Of a stretch of DNA of 64,000 nt, positions 12,619 to 25,087 are shown piece by piece. Source of the stretch: Okamejei kenojei (Eukaryota); NCBI GenBank assembly GCA_035221665.1, contig CM069133.1:35464001-35528000 (forward strand), given 5' to 3'. A model generated the notes under the pieces. That model had not been told where the DNA came from. It was given only the letters and a program-made list of their open reading frames with translations, and ran no database searches. Position 1 is the first letter of the stretch, and each line of letters starts with the position of its first letter. The position numbers and the translations under genes were made by a program.

Positions 12619-12864
12619 GGAGCATATTTACAGAGCGATGTATTGCAGGAACAGGCCTTCTAACGCGACATGTGTACATTGTGCCAACGGGTAGTCAGCG
12701 TGGTGACAAAGGAGTGTGGCATGCTCTGGTAGGATTAATTTGACCAATTCATATTAATCCCGCCTTAATCGAATTCAACCCATCAAAGGCTGTACCTCAT
12801 TCCAGGGTAGCTGTCATCTCATTGTGTTTCTAAAAATATTGCGGCTGTGAACTCTGTTTCTGGG

Positions 12865-13205
12865 TTTTCCAGTTTGTGTGAGGAAGTGAATGTAAAGAAT
12901 GAATCACCCGTTGTTACCCTGCAATACTAGCGACAGCAGGACCCAGCAATGACAATCCCACAGGCACGTGTTCACCAGCACCTTAGTGCTGTGACCTCAT
13001 TCCTCGCGGCTGTTTACTTCCAGACCCTGAAATGCAGAAGTTGTTTTCTACATTTGCTGCAGAAAGTTCAGGAGTTACAAAACTAACATTAATGTCTCAG
13101 TGAAAACACGAGGAAGAACAGCGAGCAAACTCATTCGTAGAATGTAAAAGAACAACACCAAATACTGCCTTCACGCCATCCCAATTGTAATACAGGGAGC
13201 ACTTT
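12865..13205. promoter_or_regulatory. Paralog-conserved upstream block with PU.1/ETS-IRF-like motif
   Basis: GAGGAAGTGAA at 12880-12890, plus ctgaaatgcagaagttg and catttgctgcagaa. Homologous to 56195-56530 and 58610-58940. Confidence 0.45.
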
Positions 13206-14334
13206 AGTGACACCAAGGGTGAATTATGCAAAAGTCTTCATTGTCTACTAAACTCAACCAGTGTGAGACGGATAGGACACAGCGAAGAGGAGCAAACAGT
13301 TGTATGTGGTGATATGTGAAGTAACACAGATATCTTTGCTTGTGTTTTAGCTATTCACAATCTGCATCAATGATGATGGAACCAATTGTTAAATCAGCGG
13401 CTCAGTAGATATTTCAATGCGATTCAGACAAGTTGGGGAAGCGGGCAAATGAATGACAGAAGCGGTGCAGACATATGACAGGGCGATGGAGCAACACTAA
13501 AAGAGAAACAGGGCAGCGAAAAACGACATCCAGCTCCTCGAGTTTGAACCAACCATCAACCACCCATTCACAATATGTATACATTCATTTAGTTTATCAT
13601 TGTTGTTACGTGTTTCGAGGTATAGTGAAAAGCTTTAAGGAATGATCCCAATCAGTTTATTACAGGCTGCATCTCACTCCCAGGTAACCGTCACCTCCGT
13701 TAGTTTCCCTGTATCCTGTTCCTTTGAATTGGCCCGGGAACAATTTTCCGCGGTCCCTTTCAACTTTCTGAGGAAAGAGCTACCTGAGTACCCCGCTCTT
13801 CACACCGGGACAGCGCATGCTCTCTCTGTAAATTTCCGGGGCCGGTTCTTTCTCTCATTGTGCCACATCTGACCGGTTGCCGCTCTTCATTGTGACAGAC
13901 GGGGCAAGACGCCACATTCTGAGAGCAATTAATGGACCCGGGTTCCCTCGCTAGCTTCCCCAGACCGCGGCTATCGTTGACGCCCATCCTTGAAGTTCAC
14001 GGATGTCTTAGTTTCCCCCCACCATTTAAATCCATCATAGGACTCGGATCTCTCATCCACATTAAACTTACAGGAGTCCACGCCAAGGGAAATGACTAGG
14101 TTTCCGGGAAAATGTCGCAAACTGTTTTGTACTATGGGAAAACAGAAATGAAACCGAATCGGGATATTAATAGCGATATATTTCTGAGAATTTGCCGCCA
14201 CAGCTTGGATTTCAATGCGGGCAGGGCGGGTGGCTGCGTAATGTGGCCAGAACACTGGACTCAGCCTCTGGCTATTAATATGAGCCGCGGTAATTATGTA
14301 ATAGCACCACCTGTGGCGATACATGGGACGACAA

Positions 14335-14945
14335 ATTGTATATCTTTATTATCATTTTTCTGAGTATTTGCATACCCAGAGGAAAACGAAAAAGCGTTTC
14401 TCAACCAGTGTCCATTCAGTGTGTGGTAAAAAATAAATAGAAATAGAGAATAAAAGTACTTATATGAGTTCCGATCGGCAGTGGCACGACAATGGCTCTG
14501 CTTCAGTGTGTCCAGGTTGGTGTTTGGTGCGCGATTCTTTGGCAGGGGGAAAAGTCCGTTTATCAGTCTAATTGCCTGCGGGAAGAAGCTGAGGAGCATC
14601 CTGCTGGTTTTGCAGCTGATGCTCCTGTACCTCTTCCCAGATGGCAGGATGGATAATATGTGATGCGATGGGTGGTATGGGTCTTTGATGATGGAGATGG
14701 CTCTGCTAATACATCTCTTCCTGTATATGTCCAGCAATAAAGGGAGTAGAGCACCAATAATCCTGCTGGCCGTCTTTACAATCCTGTCCAGTTGGTGCCG
14801 TTCGTACGCCTTGCAGCTCCCGAACCAGGAGGTGATGCCCTAGGTTAATGTGCTCTCGATTGTCCCCCTATAAAATGTTCTTAGGTGTGCAGTGGGGAGA
14901 CCTGCTTTCCGTAGTCTTCGGAGAGGGTGTAGTCGCTGCTGAAAT
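14335..14945 (-). mobile_element. Rex1/Babar-type LINE 3' end
   Basis: FYRGTIES, ITSWFG and IIKDPYHPSHHILSILPSGKRYRSI...SFFPQAIRLIN, followed by a 3' UTR. Confidence 0.9.
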
Positions 14946-15039
14946 GGTTGTCTTCAGGGGGGAGGGGAACAGCGTACTGGAGGAACATGGCCGGTCGACC
15001 CTCTGAAAAATTGTGGCGGGAGATGGATAAGAGACTAGA

Positions 15040-15315
15040 TATTAGAGATATATCGCAGAATCAGGCCCTTCGGCCCACCGATTCTGCACCGAGTGCACTA
15101 GCACACAAGGAACAATTACCATTTTTACCGAACCTAATTAGCCTGCAAATCTGTACGTCTTTGGAGTGCAGAGGAAACCAGAGCACCCGGAGAAAAAACA
15201 CGCGTTCACAGAAAAAAGTTCAGATTCCGCACAGACAACGCCATTGGTCAGAATCAAACCTGTGTCTCTGACGCTGGGAGTCAGGAACTCTACGGCTGCG
15301 TCACTGTGCTGCCCT
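15040..15315 (-). mobile_element. V-SINE (HE1-like)
   Basis: Reverse-strand match to the SINE body. Confidence 0.7.
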
Positions 15316-15639
15316 GAGACGTTCCCTGCAGGTCCAGACCCCTTTGCAGCTGACCTCAAAGGGTCATTACCCTCCGATGAACCTGCCTGGCCCGCTCCCC
15401 CATTTCCTCCCACATTTAGTGTTCATATCTAGTACTCTTCTGGCATCTCCATTCACAGCCAGCAGATAATATTGTGTCAGAAAGAACTGCAGATTATTTT
15501 TTAAATAGTCACAAAATGCTGGAGTAACTCAGCGAGACAGGTAGCATATCTGAAGATAAGGAATGGATGACGTCTTCAGATTGATGTCAGGGCAGCGGAC
15601 GTCTTCAGACTGATGTCAGGGACAGAAATAGAATGCAGT

Positions 15640-16030
15640 TGGACACAGTAAGATGGCAAGATGTGGTCAGTAGTGGGATCCTGTTGGTGGTGGCGATAAT
15701 GTCAGAGGATTATATGCTGCAATCGACGTCTGATGGGGTCAAAGGTGAGGACAAGGGGGACTATGTCCTTGTTGCGAATAGAGGAAGGGAGAGCAAGAGC
15801 GGAGCTGCGGGGTATCGAGGAGGCGCTATTGAGAAGAGGGGGATCCCCGTTTCCTAAAGAATGAGGACATCTCCGATGATCCAGTATGGAAAACATCATC
15901 CTGGACGCATATGCGGCTTATACGGGGGAACTGGGATTAGGGGATAGAGTCTTTACAAGAAGCCGAGTGGGAGGAAGTGTAGTCTAGATAGCTATGGGAG
16001 TCAGTAGATTTGTAGTAGACACTGACTCCC
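15640..16030 (-). mobile_element. Penelope-like element RT/linker fragment
   Basis: VYYKSTDSHSYLDYTSSHSASCKDSIP*SQF, matching the PLE post-RT motif YxKxTD...YLxYxSxH. Confidence 0.8.
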
Positions 16031-16994
16031 ATAGTACTGACTATTTTGTACTGACTGATTAGTACTGCTGTTCTTATAATGTTGCCAGCGCAACTTTCTG
16101 CACAACGACCTCGTATAATCGGCAACGTGTTGATGTTTGAGAGAAAAAGACCGGTTCGATCATGATTTGTCAAGTGTATCAATAGAATTTCATAGAAACA
16201 TAGAAAATATGTGCAGGAGGAGGCCATTCGGCCCATCGAGCCAGCACCGCCATTCATTGTGATCATGGCTGATGGACCCCAATCAATAACCCGTGCAAGC
16301 CTTCTCCCCATATCCCTTGATTCCACTAGCCCTTAGAGCTCCATATAACTATCTCTTAAATCCATCCAGTTACTTCTAATCCAATGATTTAATGATGCTT
16401 TATTGTCACAAGGACCTAGTTTAGCTACAGTGAAATTCTTTGTTTTTACATACGATACGCAGAGTGCGCAATGGTCGCCACGTATCTGGCGCCGAGAAAG
16501 TTACAAAAGTGCTAATTTCTTTGTTCTCGGCGCCCCCCCCCACCCCCACCCCCACCCCCTTGGCCGAGTCCATCTTTGTTGTTGACGGGGCCTCCCTTCA
16601 GCAATATATATAGGCATGGATCTGACCTTGATCTGCCTGAAATTAATTGCTGCAAGTTAACAAATTCAACAGGTCCTGACATTTTTTCACAACATCGCAA
16701 CAACTCAAGAAAATGGGAACAGAAGACAAGTTACACCGTCCAGCGTGTTATATAAAATTAATATAATAGTAAGATTAAACGAGAACTTACCAGTTCGAAG
16801 TTTGATCGTTATTTTATGAGGAGTTACGATGAGGGATTACGTGAAGAGCCCGCCTGGCGCTGGCAAACGGCATACTTCAAAGCAGCGGCATGAAAAACAC
16901 AGAACACAAAATAGCCGAAGTAACATAGTAAGGCTCATAATAGACTTAGAACTACCAGATGATCATTTATTTTATGAGGGTGGGGAGTGTAGGG

Positions 16995-17106
16995 CACGTA
17001 ATCCCTCATCGTAACTCCTCATAAAATAACGATCAAACTTCGAACTGGTAAGTTCTCGTTTAATCTTACTATTTTACTTCGGAGTCACGTGAGTGACTAC
17101 GTGAAG
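16995..17106. repeat. DIRS-A internal complementary region (ICR)
   Basis: Reverse complement of the left end joined to the reverse complement of the right end (...aatcttac-t-attttacttcggag...). Confidence 0.93.
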
Positions 17107-17340
17107 ATTTTAAAGCTTTCTGTGTTTTTTATGTCGTAGAATTAATCAGTACGACAGTCCGGCTAAGTAAATACATACATGAGAAACCAGACTAATTTTA
17201 GTTCTTTCCATAATTAATTTTTAATGGTTTAAAGAACATCATAATAACCCTCCTTATATCCGAGGGATCATTACAAGTGATAAAAGATATAAGTGACTAC
17301 ATAACTGATTATAGCAATCAATAGTAAACAAAGCAGGTGA

Positions 17341-18222
17341 CTATAGTGATCCCAACACCGCGTGGCCAAAGCTTGTCATAGTGTGAACAGGTTTATTGTA
17401 GAACTTTGAAAAAGTTTCTTCTTTACTCCACCCTGCGATTTTTAAAATATGCTCGAGCAGTACGTCCCGCACCTTCGCCGCGGACGTAGCTGCAGCCCTG
17501 GTGGAGTGAGATTTGAACACATCAGTGTCTACTCCTGCTAACAGTAACACCTGTTTCAACCACTTTGAGATAGTTTGAACTGAAGCTTTAGTGTGTGGTT
17601 TTTTATGCGTAATCATTAACGTTATTTCATTTCCTCGAAGAGTTTTGGTAACTTTTATATATTGGTTCAAATGTCTAACCACACATAAAGTAGGATCAAT
17701 AGGATAAGCTTGAAAGATTACCTTTGCTCCAGTTCTTCCTGGTCTGCTTTGTTTGATCAGATCGTAAACATAGAACACAATGTTATCTGTAGTCACATGC
17801 ATACAGTCTAAACGCAACATTTGTAAAGTTTGCACTCTTTGAGCTGAAACCAATGACATTAACATTATTAATTTGAATGTTAATCTTTCCAATGACAATC
17901 CTTCAATTGGAGTCCACTGTCTCAGTAAGGTAAGTACAATGCTCACATCCCAAATCTCTGTGTATCTAGGTTTGGGTGGATTAATGTTAAAGATTCCTTT
18001 CATGAATCTAGATATTAGTGGATGTGATCCAATTGATTTCTGGTCAGACATAAGTCCTAAATAAGATGATAAGGCACTGCGTGCTGTGTTAATGGCACTG
18101 TAACTTAAATGTTGCTCAAAATGCAATTTAGCAAGGAACTCCAATACATTTGCAATATTCACAGTATCATAAGAAATATTTGACTGTGTGCAAAATTCTT
18201 CCCATTTCTTAATATGTGTCAT
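17341..18222 (-). CDS. DIRS-A tyrosine recombinase (N-terminus frameshifted, extends to about 18310)
   Basis: Catalytic signature SAQR...HSTR...GW...KFY; N-terminal SYSAINTARSALS. Confidence 0.92.
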   Translation of the reverse strand: MTHIKKWEEFCTQSNISYDTVNIANVLEFLAKLHFEQHLSYSAINTARSALSSYLGLMSDQKSIGSHPLISRFMKGIFNINPPKPRYTEIWDVSIVLTLLRQWTPIEGLSLERLTFKLIMLMSLVSAQRVQTLQMLRLDCMHVTTDNIVFYVYDLIKQSRPGRTGAKVIFQAYPIDPTLCVVRHLNQYIKVTKTLRGNEITLMITHKKPHTKASVQTISKWLKQVLLLAGVDTDVFKSHSTRAAATSAAKVRDVLLEHILKIAGWSKEETFSKFYNKPVHTMTSFGHAVLGSL

Positions 18223-18303
18223 ATATTGTTTTTGTGTGTATTCTCGCCATAACTGTAACTTCCATAGTTTTGTCCGACAATCCCAGCTCCTGTAGTGGTC
18301 TGG

Positions 18304-19032
18304 TCAAAACCTGCAGATTAATAAATTCATATATGCATATAATGGATAAATTTCTTTGGTTACTGGATTAATCAAAATATCACTACAGTTAGGAATTGAC
18401 ATATATGGTTCTTTAATCATATTCAGCATTAATGGGAACCAAGATTGTGTTGGCCAATTTGGAACTACCAACAATCCTGTGGCAGAATCTTGTTCTATTT
18501 CCTTCAGACATTGCTGAACCAAAGCAAAAGGTGGAAAAGCATAAAAGAACATATTCCCCCAGTTCAATGAAAAAGCATCTACTGCTACTGCATCTGGATC
18601 GTGTTCCCAAGACACATATTTAGGCAATTGATGATTAAGCCTTGATGCAAACAAATCAATTTCTGGTAAACCAAATTGAGTTACAATATTCTTAAATATT
18701 GCTGGATTAAGCATCCATTCTGTGTTATCTTTAAATATCCTTGATCTTTTATCTGCCACCACATTGTCTTTACCTGGAATGTAGTTTGCTGAAATCCAAA
18801 TTTGGCGATCAATACACCATTGCCATATTTCATTGACCAGACAATCACATGATACTGATCTGACTCCCCCCATGTGATTAATATATGCAACAGCCGTTTT
18901 ATTGTCTAACAGTATTAATACATGTAGACCCTTTTTTGAACAGCAATATGCTTTTAGACCATAGAAAGCACCCAATAACTCTAAATAGTTATACCATAAG
19001 TTTGAAGAAACGTTTCTTCTTGGACTTTCCAT
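18304..19032 (-). pseudogene. DIRS-A RNase H plus adenine-methyltransferase-like domain (frameshifted continuation of RT)
   Basis: NYLELLG, LDNKTAVAYINHMGG, YIPGKDNVVADKRSR (RNase H); IDLFASRLN and YAFPPF (MT-like). Confidence 0.9.
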
Positions 19033-20150
19033 CTACCTCCACAACTGGAGGATGAATCTGTTGCCCCCCATCCGAGAGCACTAGCATCTGTTTGTAAAAC
19101 CATTTCAGGCTGTTTAATCAGAATGTTTTTAGCAGCTTGTGGGACATTGTTAACCCACCATTGTAATTCCAACAAATCTCCTTTTGTTAATTGCATAGGC
19201 CCATCAAAGTGGCCTGCCCTCTCTTTGAAAGCTCTTATTTTGTCCCTTTGAAGATTTTGATAATGTAATGGACCAAATTCTACTGCAGGAAATGCTGCTA
19301 CTAGTTTACCAATAGTTTTCGCTACTTCTCGGATGGAAGGATAAGGTTTGTGAAAGAGATTATTACAAGTCACCAAAATATCATCAACTTTATCTGTTGG
19401 TAAAGTTATTAACATAGTCTCTGAGTTAATTACAAACCCCAAATAGTTAATTGATTGTGCTGGCTGCAGCTGGGATTTAATTGGATGAATCAAGAACCCT
19501 AGCTCTTCAAACAAAGCTTTTGTAACTGAAACTGAATTCTCAGCTGACTCTTGATTATCATTAATGATTTGAATGTCATCGAAATAAGCCATAACGATGT
19601 GTTTTTGTGCTCTTAATTGGGCTAAAACTGGTTTCAACAGTTTCGTAAAGAGCCTGGGAGCTGAACTCAATCCATTTGGCAAAGCTTTAAACTGCCATAA
19701 TTGTCCCAGCCAATTAAATTTTAAGTACCTCCGGAAGAACTGATGTATTGGTACAGAATAATAGGCGTCTTTCAAATCAATCTTAGCCATATAACAACCT
19801 GCTGATATTAAAAATCTTGCAGTATTAAATGTTTTCCATTTTAAAATGTTTGTATTCTACAACTTATTTAGATCTGTAAGGTCCAGAATAATTCTGCAAC
19901 CACCATCTTTTTATGTCTTTTGAAATATATTAGACACAATTGATGCTCGTGTTCATAAGTTTTTTCAATAACCCCTTTTTCAGATAATTTGTCAATTTCC
20001 ACATTAATCTCTGCTTTTCCAATTGTAGTAAACACGAAAGCATAGGCAGGTTTATTCTGTACTGGAGGATTAACCCCTTCTTTAAATGTAATAGTGGCTC
20101 CTGAAACTGTTTGTAAAATAAATCGATCAGAAGTAACGGTAAGCCAGTCT
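18981..20150 (-). pseudogene. DIRS-A reverse transcriptase (frameshifted 5' of 19790)
   Basis: IDLKDAYYSVPI, LPNGLSSAPRLFTK, YFDD, YLGF and LQTDASALGWG. Confidence 0.92.
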
Positions 20151-20199
20151 TTATAAACTTTTGTAATCTCCTTCCACCTGGAGATTTATCCGCAGTTTC

Positions 20200-21405
20200 T
20201 TTAAGGATAGAACAAGTCTTCAATACCTCTCCATATGAGCGTGGTGGTCTCCTTCTCCCCGAGTACGGGTAAGCATTGGACTGTGCAGGACGATAATATT
20301 TCCTTGACATATTTCTGCCTCTATTTCCAAAATCAAATCCCCTTCTTGACGAAAAATACCTTTTTTGTCCAAAGACGAAAGGTTTCATGCAGCTAAAATA
20401 TTTAGCTTCTTCATCCAATTTTTAATTATTTAGGCAGATTTTCTCCAAACAGATAACCAGGAGCTTGAACACCACTTGCTCGGCACAGGCTTGCAAACCT
20501 TGGGTGAAATATGGGCCGAATAGCCATTTTCCTCATACAATTAATTTCACAGAAAGAATTGCACACTAGGCCCAAAATATCTTTTTGAATCTTATCCATC
20601 TCCCCATAAGCCGTAATGGCAGCAGAATTAATTTGAGGATTTTTTTAAAACCTCACTTCTTGAGCTCTCATACTTGGGGTCATGGATGCCCATATCAACG
20701 GATAAACCGTAGGCACTTCCAATGAGGCACAATTCCCTGTGCGTTAATATAATTCTGATGTTTCAATCATCACAGAATCATGAAGTTGGTGAGATACCAT
20801 ATATTAATGTTGGCAGCTAGGTTTTCTTCCATAGCCTCACCACTTCCTTCATATATAGCAAATTATTTTGCTATCCCAGGCACATTTGGCCTTTTCTTTT
20901 ATTTTGTGGTGTGCTTTCAAATGCAAATCACCACCAGCAGGGTCTGCCTTCTGCAGCCCTAAATCAATTGGGATTTCATCCCATGAGACTTCCTCCGGCC
21001 CAAATCCTGGGTCCGGAGTTCCAACTCCCAATCTGGCCCACAGCCTTATTCAGAATAATAAACCCCTCAGGGCTTTTTTGGGACCTTCTGGGTACTGTGA
21101 CCCTAGTCTCATGATTTTTTGGAGAACCTTCTCCATATGCTCCATTTTTAGCCACATAGTTTTATTATCTGGAGGACTTTCAGTATCAGAGTCATCAGAA
21201 CCACGGGCCTCTCAGATTTCTTTTACATTTTTAGGAGCATTTCTCTCCGTGGTTATAACTTCTGGAGAATCTAGAACTCGCTAACGGGTAGATCAGCGGC
21301 CACCGGTATCGGAACCGGATCCGCACTAGCTTTTTGTCCCGTATTTTTATTTTCACCCCGGGAAGATCTTTTTTACCCGCGAATTTTCTTTGCCGATTTC
21401 TCCAT
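20200..21405 (-). pseudogene. DIRS-A gag-like ORF1, heavily disrupted
   Basis: Lies 5' of RT. Short fragments resemble DIRS-B gag. Confidence 0.65.
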
Positions 21406-21939
21406 TTCTTTCATTAATCTGTGCTAAAACAGCACGTTAACGTGACTCTGACTATAATTTTACTTTTACTTTTACTGCTGGACCCACCCAGCGTACGCTA
21501 AAGAACGTCCCGACTTTGCCTCACTTACCTGCGGGTCCGTTCCGACCGCTGCGAGGAGCTGCGCCTTACTGCAGCTCCTCCTTCTGCCGTCAGCGTCGAC
21601 GTAATGCCGTTTGCCAGCGTGAGGCGGGCTCTTCACGTAGTCACTCACGTGACTCCGAAGTAAAATTGTTATTTTATGTGTAGTGCTCCCCACGGGAACA
21701 TTGGTGTAGAAGATTATTCACCACACTTCCTTTTCTCTGTTTCCTGTTATTTAATCACCGGGCCTATTCTGTAGAGGCGTACATGTCCCTTACGACCCTA
21801 TTCTTAGTTATATAGCCACAGACAAAAAGTGCACTTTATTTTAATATTACACGTAAACTTTCCCACAAAATCAACGTTCCCCTTTCTTTTGTGCTTTCCA
21901 GTCGTTCTCCACTGGGTCCGGAAATGTAGTTGAAGCCAG

Positions 21940-22130
21940 TTAATTGGCTATATTTAAGAGGGAGTTAGATGTGGCCCTTGTGGCTAAAGGGATCAGGGGG
22001 TATGGAGAGAAGGCAGTTACAGGATACTGAGTTGGATGATCAGCCATGATCATGTTGAATGGCGGTGCAGGCTCGAAGGGCCGAATGGCCTACTCCTGCA
22101 CTTATTTTCTATGTTTCTATGTTTCTATGT
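21940..22130 (+). mobile_element. CR1 3' end with (TTTCTATG)n tail
   Basis: Near-identical to 2685-2866. Confidence 0.88.
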
Positions 22131-22667
22131 CCTTGAATGTAGGGAAAACAATATTCATACCTCTGGGGTGTAAGATGCCAAAGCTAAATATGAGGTGCCG
22201 TTTCTGCAATCTGGGGTTGGTCACACAATGAGGTATCGCCGCTCCTACAGAACCCCCCCCCCCCAATGTTATTTATACTGACGACCGACCGAAGATTCAG
22301 ACACAAATTATAGACAGACCATCCCCTGCCCCAGAATTAGATCCCAGCCTGCCGCTATCTGCTGGCTATTCATTGCTGCTGGCACAACCCTCCCCCCCCC
22401 CCAATCCTCAAATATCCCACCGTTACCCCAACCCAAATATCTCTCGGTCTGGAACCCACTCCTCTATGTTACTGTTGAAGTCAGGCACACGGACATCTAA
22501 TTGTAATGCCCTTGCCTAATCCCCATGAGGTGTAGCTTTGAAACTGCAGATCTGTTCCCCAGTTGTTCGAACATTGACTCATCTCTCTCTCTCTCTCTCC
22601 CCCCCCCCCCCCTCTCTCTCTCTCTTTCTTTTCCTTTCTCTCGCTTTCTCTCTCTCTCTCTCTGTAA

Positions 22668-23053
22668 TTTTTTCGTACAATGGTTGGACAATATCCGATG
22701 CTGATGAGGTGTCTGCCGTGGAAGGGGCCTCCGCTGTGTTGCGTGTACATTCACCCACCCACCCACGGATCACATCCTCACCGGCTCCGTGCTGTGGCAC
22801 AAGATAAATTCCGGGGCTGAGAACGTTGTTTTTAACTGTACACATCCCGGCCCCGCACGCTCCCGGTGCGTTGAGGTGACACAGAAAGCCAGAGGGAGTC
22901 GATTCAGATTCGCAGGGAACCTCACACAGAGGGATGTCTCAATAATGGGAGAGCGACTATGCCGGGAGGACGATGGTGCTAGGTATCGGTGCCAAGTGGA
23001 CCTCAATATTGGACCATTTCACACTGTGGTTCCAACACGCCTGACTGTGAGAT
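22668..23053 (+). pseudogene. V1 exon of gene B (SIGLEC15-like V-set), frameshifted, acceptor AG reads AA
   Basis: WTISDADEVSAVEGASAVL (shift) CTFTHP...VLWHK...VFNCTHPG...RC...RFRFAGNLTQRDVSI...YRCQVDL...RLTVR|GTGAG. 386 nt, preceded by a (CT)n/poly-C tract. Confidence 0.88.
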
Positions 23054-23629
23054 GTGAGAAACAATGCTTAAATGCTGTAGCTGTGCTCAGATCGCACGGG
23101 TCAAACGCTTCCCTGACACGCTGATGATCAATAAATGTTGATCAAGCACGTCAAGGTGTCAAAGCGCCGGATCCCCCTCTTACTCCCTTTCCAGTGAATC
23201 CCGCTGCACAATGTTAAACTACAAATTAACCTACAAACCTCTACGTGTTGGAGTGTAGGAGGTAACAGGAGCATCCGGGGAAACCCAACGCGGTCACGGG
23301 AGAATTAAAACATTCATATAGACAGCACCCCTTGTCAGCACCGAACCCGGGACCCTGGCGCTGTGATACAGCAACTCTACCCGTGCACCACCGTGCCGCC
23401 CTTAAATAATGAATCTTATGGACATTATAGAAAAATGACTACGGGAGGGACAGAACTAGCTGCTGGACACCCCATGAAACAGGCGCTAATCGTTTGATAG
23501 AGAGGGGGAGGGAATTCTATTTTTGATGGCAGAGAACACATTGCAGTGGTCTTAGAGATCACTATTCAGGGATGGTCCAATGGGGCCTAATGGTTGCAGC
23601 TGAGAAGCAAGAAGCTGCTCACTTAAGAT

Positions 23630-24588
23630 ACATAGACAGAAACATAGAAAAATAGGTGCAGGAGTAGGCCACACGGCTCTTCAAGCCAGCACTGCCATTC
23701 AATATGATCATGGCTGATCATCCACAATCAGCACCCCGTTCCTTCTTTTTTCCCCATATCCCTTGATTCCTTTAGCCCTAAGAGCAAAATCTAACTCTCT
23801 CCTAAAAACCTCTAGTGCATTGGCCTCCATTGCCTTCTGTGGCAGAGAATTCAACAGTTTCACAACTCTCGGGGTGAAAAAGGTTTTCCTTATTTCAGTC
23901 CTAAATAGCGTAAGCATTCATCTTAAACTGTGACCCCTTGGTTCTGGCATACCCCAACATCGGTAAAATTTTTCCTGTATCTAGCCTGTTCAATCCCGTA
24001 AGAATGTTTTTAAATGTTTGTATAAGATCCCCTCTCAACTTCTCTTAACTTAATTGCTACGAAATACAAGCCCAATCAACCCATTCTTTTCTCATATGTC
24101 CGTCCCGCCATCCCGGGAATTAACCTGGTGAACCTGCACAGCACTACTTCAATAGCAAGAATGTCCTTCCTCAAATTAGGAGACCAAAACTGCAAAGAAC
24201 ACCCCAGGTGTGGCCTCACCGGGGCCCTGTACAACGGCAGTATGACCTCTTTGCGCCTAAACTCAAATCCTCTCTCAATGAAGGTCAACATGCCATTAGC
24301 TTTCTTCACTCCCTGCTGTACCTGCATGCTTACTTTCAGTGACTGGTGTACAAACACACCCAGGTCTCGTTGCACCTAACCATTTCCTAATCTGACACCA
24401 TTCAGAGAATAATCTGCCTTCCTGTTGTTGCTACCAAAGTGAACAACCTCACATTTGTCCACATTTGGTTGCATCTGCCATCATTTGTCCACTCACCCAT
24501 CATATCCAAGTCTCATAGCATCCTCCCCGTTGCTCACACTGCCACCCAGCTTTGTATCATCCGCAAACTTGGAGACGTTACATATAAT
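23630..24588 (-). mobile_element. CR1-type LINE, 3' part (split by DIRS-B)
   Basis: QRDLGVFVH...KKANGML...PLYRAPVRPHL...RFTRLIPGM, with 3' UTR and tail. Confidence 0.9.
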
Positions 24589-25087
24589 TGTAAGATTAAA
24601 TGAGAACTTACCAGTTCGAAGTTTGATCTGTATTTTATGAGGAGTTACGATGAGGGATTACGTGAAGACCCCGTCCAGCACGCATGCGCGACATTTCTTC
24701 AAAGCAGCGGTGTGGATTCACAGAAAACACAACAATTGAAATAAATATAGTAAAGAAAAAATAAGAACTTAATTACCAGTTGATCTGTATAATAGAGGTT
24801 GGGAGCGGAGGGCACGTAATCCCTCATCGTAACTCCTCATAAAATACAGATCAAACTTCGAACTGGTAGGTTCTCATTTAATCTTACTATTTTACTTTGG
24901 AGTCACGTGAGTGACTACGTGAAGACTTCAAAGCTCTGTGAATCCGAACCGTGTACCAGCTCATGCTTCACTCACTGCCTGAAGACCTTAGAGGGAGGAA
25001 GCATGTTATACAATCAACAATAACCTGTTTGTGAACAATAAAGGTTTATTAATGATAACAAAAAACAGAGAGCTGCCCCGGCTTAAA

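Larger units (their letters stand above)
16768..21666 (-). mobile_element. DIRS1-type tyrosine-recombinase retrotransposon A, full-length and degenerate
   Basis: Inverted termini (about 16769-16875 and 21600-21666). An internal complementary region at about 16995-17106 is complementary to both ends. Gene order gag, RT, RH/MT, YR. AAT at both junctions, no TSD. Confidence 0.95.

Noticed and set aside
13640-14060. Coding exon in non-repetitive sequence
   Set aside because: No recognisable domain or consistent splice pair.
17341-18222. Prophage integrase or bacterial contamination
   Set aside because: The recombinase lies in a DIRS structure with RT, ITRs and ICR; DIRS-B is nested in a vertebrate CR1.
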